DNA of 64,000 nt. Source: Selaginella moellendorffii. Taxonomy: Eukaryota; Plantae; Lycopodiophyta. Positions 1 to 12,340 of the stretch are shown piece by piece. Position numbers and translations under genes: made by a program. Under the pieces are notes generated by a model. That model worked only from the letters and a program-made list of their open reading frames with translations. It searched no databases and was not told the origin of the DNA. The DNA lies in NCBI RefSeq assembly GCF_000143415.4, contig NW_003314292.1, positions 319,178 through 383,177 of the forward strand. The letters are read 5' to 3'. The number at the start of each line of letters is the position of its first letter. Position 1 is the stretch's first letter.

Positions 1-468
1 TGTATGTGATCATGGAATTAGATTTAGATATACTATTATTATGGTGTAACCAACCAATGCGAACGACTTAAAAGACGATCTATGGGGTTCAAATATAAAG
101 GGAAAAAGCCCATGAATAAAAGTGCACTTTATTTTCTAATCAATTAAGTGTTTTGGGATACTTGAAGTTATTAGGTTTGAATAATACTTGGTTGAGTGAC
201 TTTCTAGAAAGTCCAAATTTAGATGTTTATATTTGGTATCGAAATGGTCTCAAGTTTGACTCTATTGGTTAATTAAAGAATTGCACTACATATTGATTTA
301 CATTTGGTAGGTCTAGTGTACTCTAGCTGAGTTCGACCCAAGGGGTAAGGTGTCAAGAGAGCAGGGCTCTCAAGAGAGCTAAGGCTCTTAACTTCCATTC
401 ATAAGGGTGTGAATTTGTAAAAAAATGTGCTATATTATAAGTAACTAAAAAGAACGACTTAACATACA

Positions 469-2191
469 TGTAAGTGACTAAATTTTCCATTCTACTTTAG
501 TCACTTAACCACACCTCTGACCACTTGGAGGAGTCTCATTCACAACCTCCTTAAGTCCAATTTAGGACTTGGGACTTGCTAGTCCCGAGAATGGCATCCA
601 TGCCATTCATCCCTTGCACTTGGTCTAAGTGCTCCATGTGTTCAGTCCCAAGACCGACACCCAAAGGTACCACTTACATATCAGCTTGTTATGCTAAGGC
701 CATGCCCATTCACCTTTGCCACACTGGTTGTCCAATACCATTTGCATCACAATCCCGTCTCTCCAAGATTGGGCTGTCCGTCCACGAGTGGTCATCCCAG
801 ATCCACTCCTCAGCATCCTTAGGATGCCCACAGACATGGGGAATAGCCTTCCCCAATATCCCTTTGTTAGTTCCTGCCAGGTCCCTTTTCGTCCATGGAT
901 GTTCACCAACACTGCCACTAGATCAAGGCTCGCAGGCCCGGCCACTAAGTCCCATTGTCCTCTGGGACTTCCTCACCATGTGACCGTATCCGTAGTCACT
1001 ACACTAGAGGACTGCTCCTCCTCCTTTCCCCCATTTGGGACTTTAGGACAACATTTCGGAACACCGTGGCCCTACGCAAGCCCCGTGGGTACTCTCCCCA
1101 CCTTCCGCCTTTAGGTGCTCTAGCCATGGGCTTAGAGCGAGGTTCCATTGAGCCACACCAGGTATCCAAGTAGGTAGTGCCACCCACACTTGGATTGGGA
1201 GCATTGGCCAGTCGATCTCCTGGGGGAACTAAAGCTGGCTTTTGAACACTTCACCAAGCTACCCCACTTGTTGGTCCGTATTCACTCTAGTCTTGGACTT
1301 CCCAGTGGTCAGTTCATCACCCAACACTGGGTCTGGCCTTCCTGGGCCAAACTGGCCTTTCCTGGTCAAATTGGCTCCATTGCAGTCCTCCCCCTTACTA
1401 TACTTTTGGAGCTCACCAAACCCCCCAGGGTCTAGGAGACGAACGCTTTAGGCTTTCACCCTCTCAGACTCGAACTCGGACTCAGACTCGGACTCGGACT
1501 CGGACTCGGACTCGGGCTCGAGTTTGGGCTTGGGCTTGGTCTCAGTCTCGGCCTTGGCCTCGGTCTCAGTCTCGGCCTTGGCCTCGGTCTCAGTCTCGGT
1601 CCCGGTCTCGGTCTCGGTCTCAGTCTCGACCTCGGACTCCATCTCAGGTCCTTCTTGGACTCTGTCTCGGTCCATCTCGGACTCCATCTCAGGTCCATCT
1701 CAGACTCTGTCTCGGTCCATCTCGGACTCCATCTCGGGTCCATCTCGGACTCCATCTTAGACTCCATCTCGGGTCCATCTCGGACTCCATCTCGGGTCCA
1801 TCTCGGACTCCATCTCAGATCCATCTCGGACTCCATCTTGGACTCCATCTCGGGTCCATCTTGGACTCCATCTCGGGTTTATCTTGGACTCCATCTCGGG
1901 TCCTTCTTGGACTCCATCTCGGACTCCACCTCGGGTCCATCTCGGACTCCATCTCGGACTCTTCCATGTGTCGTGTGTTAGTCCTTTTTGGGTTCCTTTT
2001 TAGAGCCTCGTTTATTGCTCCCTTCGTGCTCATTCCTCGAGCACTTTGTTGGGAGTTCCACTCCCGCTCTCGACCTATCAAGTCGGAGCTTTTAGTCCAA
2101 ACGTGTTATGCTCATTTGGCTTTCGCTTCAGCCACTACCACGTGGCACCCTTCCGGCTCTACTTTGGGGCCTAGGGATTTTGTGTCTCACA
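469..2191. mobile_element. Solo LTR (~1.72 kb) inserted into the TRIM 3' LTR
   Basis: Termini are TGTAAG...CTCACA, flanked by near-identical 5-bp TSD ataca (464-468) / atacg (2192-2196). The interrupted host LTR sequence rejoins across it (gaacgacttaacatac|gatcc versus gaacgacttaaaagacgatc in LTR1). A diverged inverted copy lies at ~21047-22290. Confidence 0.75.
1464..1965. repeat. Tandem repeat array inside the solo LTR (6-mers gactcg/gtctcg, then ~23-bp ctcggactccatctcgggtccat units)
   Basis: The periodicity is directly visible and explains the low-complexity ORFs in all frames. Confidence 0.9.
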
Positions 2192-3358
2192 ATACGATCC
2201 ATAGGGTTTAAACAAAAAGGGAAAGGGCCTATGAATAGGAGTTCACCCTTTTTTCCAATCAATTAAGGGTTTTGGGATACTTAGGGTTAAGTGTTCTTTG
2301 GGTGTGGCTTGCTTAGTATCACACTTCTATAGAGGAATTGAACCCTAACAAGACAAGAAAATTTCTAAGTGTTGAAATCTTTTTCAAAACTATATAATAT
2401 AGAATTAAACTATAAAGTAGTTTTAGAAATATCATCTTTTAAACTATATAACAACTATTATAAATAATATTATATCTACTAAACTATACTATTTCTTTTA
2501 AATGATAATAAAAAGTATATATTAATATAGTTTATTTATATCTCTTATGCTATCACAACTAACCTTAGCAATAATCAACACATATAACATGAATGCTATA
2601 AGGGCCAACAAACATTCTTTATATACTAACTATAGTAGAAGAAAATTTGAATAAATCCTAATCAACAATTCTAAAAAACTAGAGTTGCTTAAATAACTAA
2701 TATCTCAAAACCCAATAAATCAATCCAAAGCAAGTCACAAAAATAGCAGTTAACAAGTTTTAAGTTAGAACACCAATGTTTTCCAAATTAGGTTCATATA
2801 GAAACCACAAAAGTAAGAGATATAAAATTAAACCATCTTAAGAAAATTGAATAATAAGTATATTACCAAATAAACTCAATAATAAATTTAACTTATAAAT
2901 ATTTTAGATATCATGCTAAGTAACTTACAAAAGATAGGTCAAACTACACAAATTGTAAATGTATAATCTAAAAGAACTAATCTCCCAATTTACATAAGAA
3001 ACCCTAATTTAAAACTATATACAATTATTTTATATTATTTTGAATAAATTAAAAAAAAAAATTTAAAAGAAGGATTTGAATGGGTTAAATACCATATATC
3101 ATAAACTATATTACAATTTAAATAAAAGAAATTTATATAAAAATTACTATATATGAAATTATATTTGACTACTACATATACTTACTATATAACATAAATT
3201 AGAACTATGAGTGCTCATGATATAGAAATAAGTATATTAATTCGGTTTAGACCCTTACTTATATACAAGAATGGATGGATCAAATTCAATCCCAAATGGA
3301 TGGTCTATATGGTATAATACTATAATTAGTGTTTTACCTAGCCAGGGTAATACATATA

Positions 3359-3736
3359 TGTTAGGAATTCCCCAATTCATACCACATTCCTGAATCTCGC
3401 TAGATTCCTAACCTACAGACCATATTCCTGATTCTCAAGATACTTCCCTATTCTTGACTCTCGAGACACTTCCCTATTCCTGACTCTTTGATTTCCTATA
3501 TGATTCTTGAGTCTCGAGCCACATTCCTGATGATGATGTGGTGCCTCCTCGACCTGAGTTATTATTTTGATCCAAGAGTGGTGGAGCTTCATCAACCTAT
3601 AGTATATATAGGTTAGCCTTGTTCCATTTCTCCACAATCTGAATCAACACCAGTCTAAGGCATTTTCTTCATTTCCACTAGCTTTTCTCTTTGTCTTCTA
3701 TATTTTCTAGTCTTGATCTTGTTGGGGGTCTTGACA
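3359..3736 (+). repeat. 5' LTR of the chromovirus
   Basis: tgttagg...cttgaca; about 90% identical to 8560-8946; TATA-like tatatata at 3603-3610. Confidence 0.95.
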
Positions 3737-3830
3737 GTTTGATTCAGATTGTGTTTTCCTTTTTGCTTTAACTCTTTTTGATTGTTTGACTGCCTTTGCC
3801 TTTTCCCCCCTTTTTCTTTCTTCTTTGCCA

Positions 3831-4802
3831 ATGGAGTCTCCAAGCCATCCTGATTTCTTTGCCAAAGTCCTTGCAAAAATCCAATCTGAGAATACCGAGC
3901 TGAAGGCAACCCTTCTTCGCATGCAGTAGGAGCTTGCTTCACTTTCGGCTCAAGGATCTAGCAAAGTTCCTGAACCGAAGGTGAGTTTCCTGGTGAAATT
4001 TTTAGGCAAGCATTCGGAGCTTCGCGAATTCTTGAACCAGATGGAGTTGATCTTTGCACTTCAACATCGGCAGTTCCCCACTCCTGAGTCTCAAATCGGT
4101 GCAATCGGGACGTTGCTCGAAGGTGCAGCTTTGTCATGGTTTTCTCTTCTCTTGGAGAAGAGCATGAAAGGGGTCGTGGTTCCAGAGCTAATGGATCTTC
4201 AATTGTTCAAAGAGAAGCTCGAAGCATGTTTTGGCGAGACGGATCGGGTTCGAGCTGCCACCACAAAGATGAGACGTCTCTCTTAGGGGTCTCGTCCTGC
4301 CTCGATCTATGCTGCAGAGTTCCAACTCCTTGCCTTGGACACTCAATAGGATGAGCGGGCCTTGATTGATTAATTTCGTTTTAGCCTCAACAATGGTGTC
4401 AAGGATTTGTTGCTCACCATGGAGGATCCCACGGACCTATCGGACGCCATCAACAAAGCTGTTTGATGCGACAATAGTCTCTTTGAACGTCGTCAGGAAA
4501 ATCACCGCGCCTCTGTTTTCCTGTCCCAGACTCAGGAATCCTAGCTTGAGTCTTCGGGGCATACTCCTGAACCTACTACTCCGGGCCCGATGAATATTTC
4601 TGGTACTCCCTGACTCATCAGAGGGAAGTTGAGTTCTACTGAGAAGCAACGTCAAATATCTCATAATCTTTGCCTCTGCTGTGCTGATCCTAATCACAAA
4701 GCAGCTATGTGTCCCAAGAACCCTCCCCAACTGCTCGAGTTCACTCTGCCTCAAGGTCCACCTCTATTGCAGTCGAGAAACGACCCTGTCCAAACAGAGT
4801 AG
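3831..4802 (+). pseudogene. gag: gag with internal stops and a CCHC zinc knuckle
   Basis: ATG at 3831 is in frame with the 3981 ORF (LREFLNQMELIF...GAALSWF). CLCCADPNHKAAMC knuckle at ~4671-4712 and TAG at 4800-4802 are in the same frame. Confidence 0.85.
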
Positions 4803-7800
4803 GAGCGGTCTGTTTGGACTCCCCGAATAAAAGTCACTTTTCTTCTTTATCAAGCTCCTCACCACCTTTCATCAAAGCCACCACCAATTCCCCCAACTTT
4901 CGCATCCTATATCTTCTTTCTTTCACCGAACAATCAGGACTCAAGGCTCTGGCACTACTAGACTCGAGTGCAACTTCCTGCTTCATGGACATGGACTTTG
5001 CTGCCCGACATTACGTTCCTCTTTCTCCTATCATACGGGATTTGAGGGTTGAAGGCATCAGCGGGCATTTTGTGTCTCCATCTTCTGGACTTAGGGAAAT
5101 GTTGCCCATTCGAGTACACATTGGGTCCACCGTCACCGATATCACCTTCAACATCATTAACAGTAAGTCCTCCTCTGTGGTGCTCGGCCTTCCTTGGTTT
5201 CAAGTACACCAGCCTCAGATCTGTTGGAAGGAATTACAGCTCATCTCTCCCATGTCACCATCTCCCACAGCTTCCCCTATTGTTCATCGAGTCTGAATCA
5301 AGAAAAGTTCCCTAAACTCAAATCGGGGTTCTGTTCCTGACTTTATGAAGTTTCCACCATTTTCTTTTCCCTCTCTTCCATCTTACATTAGACAGTATCC
5401 TCGTCTCATCATTCCATTTAGTCGTACACCTCCTCTTATCTCCACAATCACTATGAAAGAACTCCTTCATGAAGAACCTATTTTCCTTTTTGCTTTGCAT
5501 GTTTCTTCTGTCAGTCATCCTGAGAAGTATCATGATTTTGGGGATATATTTGACAAGAAAAAAGCTAGTGTACTGCCTATTCATTGGCCTTATGACTGTC
5601 CCATTGATTTATAGGAAGGAGCATCACCTCCGTGGGGGCCTATCTACGGGTTATCCCCGTCCGAGCTTAAGGCCCTTAAAGACTACGTGGATGAGAACCT
5701 TGCCTCGGGGTACATTCAGCATTCGCAGTCCCCGGCTGAAGCACCTGTCTTCTTTGTCAAGAAGAAGGATGGGAGATTGTGGCTAGTCATTGACTACCGA
5801 GGTTTGAACAAGGTGACTGTTCGGAACCGTTATTCGCTGCCTCTGATCTCAGACTTATTGGAATGCCTCGGCGGTGCCCGCTTCTTTACCAAAATCGACC
5901 TCCATGGAGCATACAACCTGATCCGGATCCAGCTTGGCGATGAATGGAAGACTGCATTCTGAACCCACTATGGCCACTTCGAGTACACTATCATGCCATT
6001 TGGCTTGACAAATGCTCCAGCAGTTTTCCAACACATGGCGAACAACGTCTTTCAGGAGTTTCTTGATCAGATGGTGATCGTCTACCTCGATGACATCCTC
6101 ATCTACTCAAAAACTCAAGAGGAGCACGACGAGCATGTGCGCAAGGTGCTGGCGAAGTTGTGGGAACACGACCTATACGTGAAGCTTGAGAAATGTTCCT
6201 TCGATCAGGAGTCTGTGGAGTTCCTTGAGTACATTGTCACTCCTGAGGGTATCATGATGGATCCTACCAAAGTCAAGACTATTCTCAAATGGGAGCCTCC
6301 ACGATCAATGTCGGACGTTTAGGTTTTTCTTGGCTTCCCCAACTTCTACCGCAAATTCATTGATTGCTACTCTGACATTGTCCTTCCTCTCATGCATCTC
6401 ACTCGCAAGGATGTTCCCTTCTCTTGGTCTGTTGCTGCCCAGCAGGCCTTCAACACACTCAAGGTGGCCTTTAGTTTTGCTCCCGTCTTGATCGACACTG
6501 ATCCCTCACAACTTTTCTTTATCGAGGCTGATGCCTCCGACTTTGCCATCGGTGTTGTGCTATCTCAACTCAGAGTGGATCAGGAATTTCATCCGGTTGC
6601 TTTCCATTCTCAAAAATTCCAGCCTGCGGAGATCAATTATGAAATCCATGACAAGGAGCTCCTTGCCATCATAGGTTCCTTTGGAGAATGGCGTCGTTTC
6701 TTGGAGGGGGCAAGCCATCAAACAACGGTCTGGACGGATCACAAAAATCTGGAATACTTTGCCACTTCCCGAGTTTTGAGCTGTTGTTAGGCAAAGTGGA
6801 CACAATTCCTGAGTTGGTTTGACTTTGTTATCAAATACAGACCTGGAAAGCTTCAAAGCCTTCTTGATGCTCTTTCAAGGCACTCCTATCTCAGTCTCAG
6901 GCTTGGTAATCCTGCCTTCGATCAATAGGATCAGGTTATCCTCGGTCCTGATCAGCTTCAAGTTATGGCAATTTCCCTAGCCCCTTAGGACTCCTCCTTG
7001 ATGGATGCAATCAGAAATGATCTCCAATCCGACGACCTCGCCAGCGACATTTTCCCCCATCTTCAGGCTGGACACCCAGTGACTCCCGACTGCCAGCAAT
7101 TTGATGAGTTCGAGTTCTTAGATGGCTTGTTGTACCGTGGGGAGCAGCTTTACATTCCTAAAGGTGATGCTCGAAGGCTGGTCTTGATGGCGTGCCACGA
7201 TAGCCCGACTGCTAGTCACTTCAGCATTGCAAAAACCTATGAGCTAGTTGCACAAGACTTTTGGTGGCCTCACATGGATGACTACATCAAAGCTTTTGTT
7301 ACCTCTTGTGACACTTGCGCCTAGAATAAAGTACCTTGCCACTTTCCTTCAAGTTTGCTTCATTCCCTCTCGGTCCCTTTAGGTCCTTGGGAATCCATCT
7401 CCATGGATTTCTTGAGTGATCTTCCGAGTTCTGGAGGCTTCAACAGCATTTTAGTCGTGGTGGATCGCTTCACAAAGATGGCACACTTCCTGCCGTGTAC
7501 CAAGGAGTTTTCGAGCGAGGACATGGCAAAACTAGTATTCAGGGAAATTTTCCGACCTCATGGGATTCTTGCTGATGTGGTTTCGGATTGGGGACCTTAG
7601 TTCATCTCTCATTTCTGGCAATGGTTCTTGCAGCTGTTTGGAGTGAAGGCCAACCTTTCTTCGGTGTATCATCCTCAAACTGATGGACAATCCGAGTGAA
7701 AAATTCAGAGGTTGGAACAATTCCTAAGGTGCTTCATCAACTATCATCAGGATGACTGGTTTGATATCCTTCCCCTTGCTGAGTTCTCCTATAACAATTC

Positions 7801-8548
7801 TGTTCACTCCTCCCTTTAAGTTTCCCCCTTCTTTGCAAACTCTAGCCGAAATCCCCAATTCAATCTCTCACTTCCTTCTCTATTCGAATCCTTTCGTTCA
7901 AATCCCCACTTTGAGGCATTTGTCTCCAACCTCCAGGAAATCCACAATTCCATCTCCTTCCACCTCCATCGTGCTCAGGAATCTCATAAAACATTTGCCA
8001 ATATCCATCGTCAGGATTGTCCCCCTTACAATATTGGGAATAAAATCTGGCTCCTCAGGCGAAATATCTCCACCACCAGACTATGTCCCAAACTCGATTT
8101 CAAATGCCTCGGTCCTTTCCCTATCACTGCCATCATTAATCCTGCCACTTATCGCCTTACACTTCCCTCCTCATATCAAATTCACCCCGTTTTTCACTCC
8201 TCTCTCTTTGAGCCTTATATTCCTAGTCCTATTCCAAATCGGGTCATTCCTCCGCCTCCACCAGTGCAACTCAAGGATGGGTGTGAGTATGAGGTTCAGG
8301 ACATCCTTGATTCCAAGATCTCACAGTCTAAACTCTACTATCTGGTAGATTGGAAGGGTTATGGACCTAAGGAACGCACTTAGGAACCTGCAGACAACCT
8401 GATTCATTCTCCTGACCTTGTTCAGGACTTTCACCGCCGCTATTTTTCTCGTCCCAATCTTCATTCTTTTTCTCCATCTCCTGTCCCTCGCTGCCCATCT
8501 CATCCTCCTCTTCGTTCTCATTCACATCCTCGTTCCACTTGTTCTTGA
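4775..8548 (+). pseudogene. pol: pol: protease, RT, RNase H, integrase and chromodomain, with many premature stops
   Basis: Protease ALLDSSAT; [11 protein letters not shown] and YLDD; RNase H EADASDFAIG; integrase HHCC and SMDFL; chromodomain EYEVQDILDS..YLVDWKGYG at ~8285-8440. Pol is in the -1 frame relative to gag. Confidence 0.92.
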
Positions 8549-8559
8549 GGAGGGGGTGC

Positions 8560-8946
8560 TGTCAGGAATCCCCCAATTCATACCACATTCTTGAATCTCA
8601 CTAGATTTCTGACCTATAGACCACATTCCTGATTCTCGAGATACTTCCCTATTCTTAACTCTCGAGACACTTCCCTATTCCCGACTCTTTGATTTCCTGT
8701 ACGATTCCTAAGTCTCGAGCCACATTCCTGATGATGACATGGCGCCTCCTCAACCTCAGCTATATTTAGGCCGTCCTTGATCCAAGAGTAGTAGAGCTTC
8801 ATTAACCTATAGTATATATAGGTTAGCCTTGTTCCATTTCTCCATAATTTGAATCAATGCCAGTCTAAGGCTTTTTCTTCGTTTCCACTAGCTTTTCTCT
8901 TTATCTTCTACATTTTCTAGTCTTGATCTTGTTGGGGGTCTTGACA
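8560..8946 (+). repeat. 3' LTR of the chromovirus
   Basis: tgtcagg...cttgaca, preceded by the PPT and followed by the TSD atata. Confidence 0.95.
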
Positions 8947-9889
8947 ATATATATATAGACATATATTTATAATTTTACACTATCCTCCCCTCTGGAAAAT
9001 GAAAAAGTTGATGGCAATAAGTCAGGTGGAATATTCAGAGCTTTCGCTATGCAATTATAAACTAGCACAAGAATTTGAAGCTCTCATAAAACTATCAATA
9101 AAGTTGCTAACAACCATGATTGGAACAAAACCCAAAGCCATGGTATAAGCATCAAGTGAGTATGGAATCTGAATGAACTAATTGCAACTTTGTGTGCAAC
9201 TATAAAATGCTTAAACTAACCTTGAAGTCATAATTTTGAACCAAAGCAAGAAACTTTAAAAAGGATTGTAATCCATGAGATGCCATTGCAACAAATAATA
9301 CTTCCCACGTTTAAGTCTACCTGCTAATAATCCTTCGAGACCACTATTAACTCAAACTTACGACCATAAGTAAAACTTACCTCTTCATCTTTGTCTAGTA
9401 TTATATATAAGAAATTGGATTCACTTCATTTATCCTCCACATCCTCTTTATCCCCTTCTTGAAAGAAAAAGAAGTTTTGAAGTATCAACTCCGTTTAAAC
9501 TTGTTGCACTCGTCCTTACTTTGCCATCTATGTTCGGCCTCACTGTGTTAGGATTGGATGTTCCATTCGGACTCATTATGCTCGTCCTCACTCCCAATCC
9601 ATGTCATTCATCCTTGCTTCACTATTGATTTACTCATCCTCACTCTATCATTAGGGTCAAACTCTTATCTGTCCCCTCTACTCCCTTTGAAGAAAAAAAA
9701 ATTTGAAGTGAAAGGAGAAAACAAGAAAAATTGAGAAAAAACAATTGTGAAAGACAAAAAAGTGGATAAAGAAGCATTAGAAAAGGAATTTCCAGTACCT
9801 GGCAATGCAAAAATAGGGAAATCAAAATAAGGACATATACTCAAATTTTAGAAAATAGAAAACTTTCTATCATAAAATACTTCAGCCAT

Positions 9890-12340
9890 TACAATATAAA
9901 TAAAAGATTCACAAAGATTCAAAAATGGATATGTTCCCTATTCCTTTTATAAATGAAATTCTGGATTCAATAGCAAGTTTTGAGATGTATTCATTTTTAG
10001 ATGAATTCTTTGATTATAACTAAGTGAAAATAGCACATGAAAATTAATACAAAATGACTTTTATAAGTCTATAAAGAGCTTATGCCTATTGCAAAATGTT
10101 TTTTAGCCTATGCAATGCTCTATTTATATTTCAAAGAGTTGTTATAGACACTTTCAGAGAATATCTCACTGATTTTATGAGATTTTTCATAAATGTCTTC
10201 AGCTCTCAAATAGAATATTTAATTTTTTTGTAAAAATGCTTTTAAAAATATAGAGAATATAACATTTCTCTAATTCAGAGAAATGCATTTTTTTTTGTAA
10301 ATTCTAGCATACTTCTATATCATATTATATGCACAAAAGACATTCTTATACACAAAGACAAAACTCAAGTAATTGAGACAATATCTTTACCATATGACTT
10401 AAAAAGTCTTTATTGCTTTCTAGGCAAAGTGGGCTATCATAAGTGATTCATAAAAGTTTATGCAAAGATTGCCAAGCCACTTATTGATCTTTTAAAGAAA
10501 AATATTCCATTTATATAGAATGAAAATTGTCAAGAAGCATTTTTAAGGCTTAAACAATGCTTTAAAGAGGCACATATACTTATTCAATCAAACTAGACAA
10601 AGGATTTTCACCTACAAGTGGATATTTTTTATATTGCCTTAAGTGCAATATTATCCTAGACACAAAGTGATCAAAAAAATTATCCTATCTACTATACCAA
10701 CAAACGCTTAAATCCTATTGAGCATAACTATACAATGACTAAAAAAGAAGCCTTAGGCATAATTTACACCTTACAAAAATTTAGGTATTATCTTTTGGAT
10801 GCAAAAGTAATTATCTTTACTGACCATAAAGCTCTTTTATATTTCATCAATAAGCCATGCATATATGTTAGACTAACTAAATGGTTTTTACTATTATAAG
10901 AATATAATCTTGAAATAGTATATAAACCTAGAAATTCTATGAATAGACCGATAGCCTAAGCCACATCACTATAGGAGAGTTACATAATACTAAGGTAGAC
11001 AAACTCCCAAATGCTCACTTATTTGCAATTTTTGTGTTTACCATTTAGTTAGAAGATATACGAATCTATCTTTCTATAAGCACCGTTCCACTCTTCTATA
11101 ACTCGCAAGAGAAAAAAAAGTTGTTTGTCTTGAGGATATAACCTTATTGTATCGTGAGGGAGCACCTATATAAATTAAGCATTGATGGAACACTAAGAAG
11201 ATGTGTGAATAAGCAATGTAACGCATTTTATCTCTCTCCCCTTAAACCAACTGGAAAAAGGGCAATTGCTTGATGAGAGAGCCTTTAGTGGCTATTTTAT
11301 CCCCATTTATCCCCCAAGGTTTTAAGGATCCATAATGACAGTATATTCAAATCTCATCCCATGATTACATGCACTACACTCACCCCCCCTTCAAAGATGT
11401 CAATGTCCTCATTGACTATTGACTAACAACCCCTACCTCCATTTCCGCACTGAATGCACATTATGATATTTGCCAGAGGTATAAACTACCACATAAAAAT
11501 CAAATCCATGAACTAAATCCTACCTATCCATATGAAGTATTTCATAAATAAGGATTGAATTTTATGGGTCCTATACTGACAAACAGTAAAAGAAACAAAT
11601 ACATTTTATTCGCCATTAATTATGTGACTAAATGAGTAGAAACTATGCTTATAAAATAGAGCTCAGCTACTAACACTGTCAAATTCCTTTATGAAAACAT
11701 CATTATAAGATTTGGTTTGCCTAAAGAGATCGTCACAAATAAAGGTACCTATTTCATCAATGAAATAATAAAATTTTTATACAAGAATTTATCTTTAAAC
11801 ACAAAAAGTTCACGCCATATTATCTATAAGGGAATGGTCAAAATGAATCTACTAACAAAGTGCTTAAAATTATCTTGGAAAAGATTGTAAAGGATAATAA
11901 AAAAGACTAGGATAAGAAAATCCTAGATACTTTGTGAGCTTATAAGATTGCATATAAAGTATCTACAGGCATAACACCATTTTGTCTTATCTATGGCTAA
12001 AAGGCTTTAATGCTTATGAAATTTATAATTCCCTCTTTACGTATTGTAATTAAAAATAGCTTAGATGAAAAAGAAGCTCTTAAATAAAGACTTGCCAAAA
12101 TAAAAAACTTAGATGAGTTTAAGCCTAAAGCAATCTAGACTCTACATACAATTCAAAAAGTAGAAAAGCTAAACATGATAAACAATTGAAAACCTTTTAC
12201 AAACTTAAACCAAGGGATAAGGTCCTTTGGCATCAAAGCAAAATAAATGCTCTTGGAAATAAATTTGAAAGATAATGGAATAGTCCATTTATTTTGTTTA
12301 AGATATCAACTCCAAGAATGACTGAGGTGCACACCTTAAA
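9890..12340 (+). mobile_element. Heavily decayed Ty3/gypsy pol (Athila/Tat-like RT, RNase H, integrase)
   Basis: Residual peptides FPIPFINEILDSIA..YSFLD (RT), KIAKPLIDLLKK, HNYTMTKKEAL and IFTDHKAL (RNase H), and an integrase-like stretch (RFGLPKEIV, GNGQNESTNK). Riddled with stops. Confidence 0.75.

Larger units (their letters stand above)
45..2303 (+). mobile_element. Cassandra-like TRIM (non-coding mini LTR retrotransposon with a 5S rRNA-derived segment in its LTRs), degenerate; 3' LTR interrupted by a solo LTR
   Basis: LTR1 is 45-231 (tgtaac...tttata) and aligns with the solo LTR at 63785-63978. A PBS-like tggtatc lies at 234-240, followed by a ~200-bp internal region with purine-rich aagggtgtgaat near 403-414. 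LTR2 is 436-468 plus 2192-~2303. A 5S-like stretch lies at ~164-214. Confidence 0.7.
3359..8946 (+). mobile_element. Full-length but inactivated Ty3/gypsy chromovirus (Tcn1-like)
   Basis: LTRs at 3359-3736 and 8560-8946 (TG...CA), TSD atata on both sides, PPT gaggagggggtgc at 8547-8559. Domain order is gag-PR-RT-RH-INT-chromodomain. Confidence 0.95.

Noticed and set aside
1448-2081. Low-complexity ORFs (ESEMD, RPRP and SVSV repeats) and a CRISPR-like look
   Set aside because: They arise from stop-free 6/11/12/23-bp tandem repeats inside an LTR; there are no unique spacers and no cas genes.
8980-9400. Possible minus-strand retroelement end into which the chromovirus inserted
   Set aside because: A PPT-like agaggggaggata is present, but no matching LTR pair or diagnostic peptide could be established by eye.
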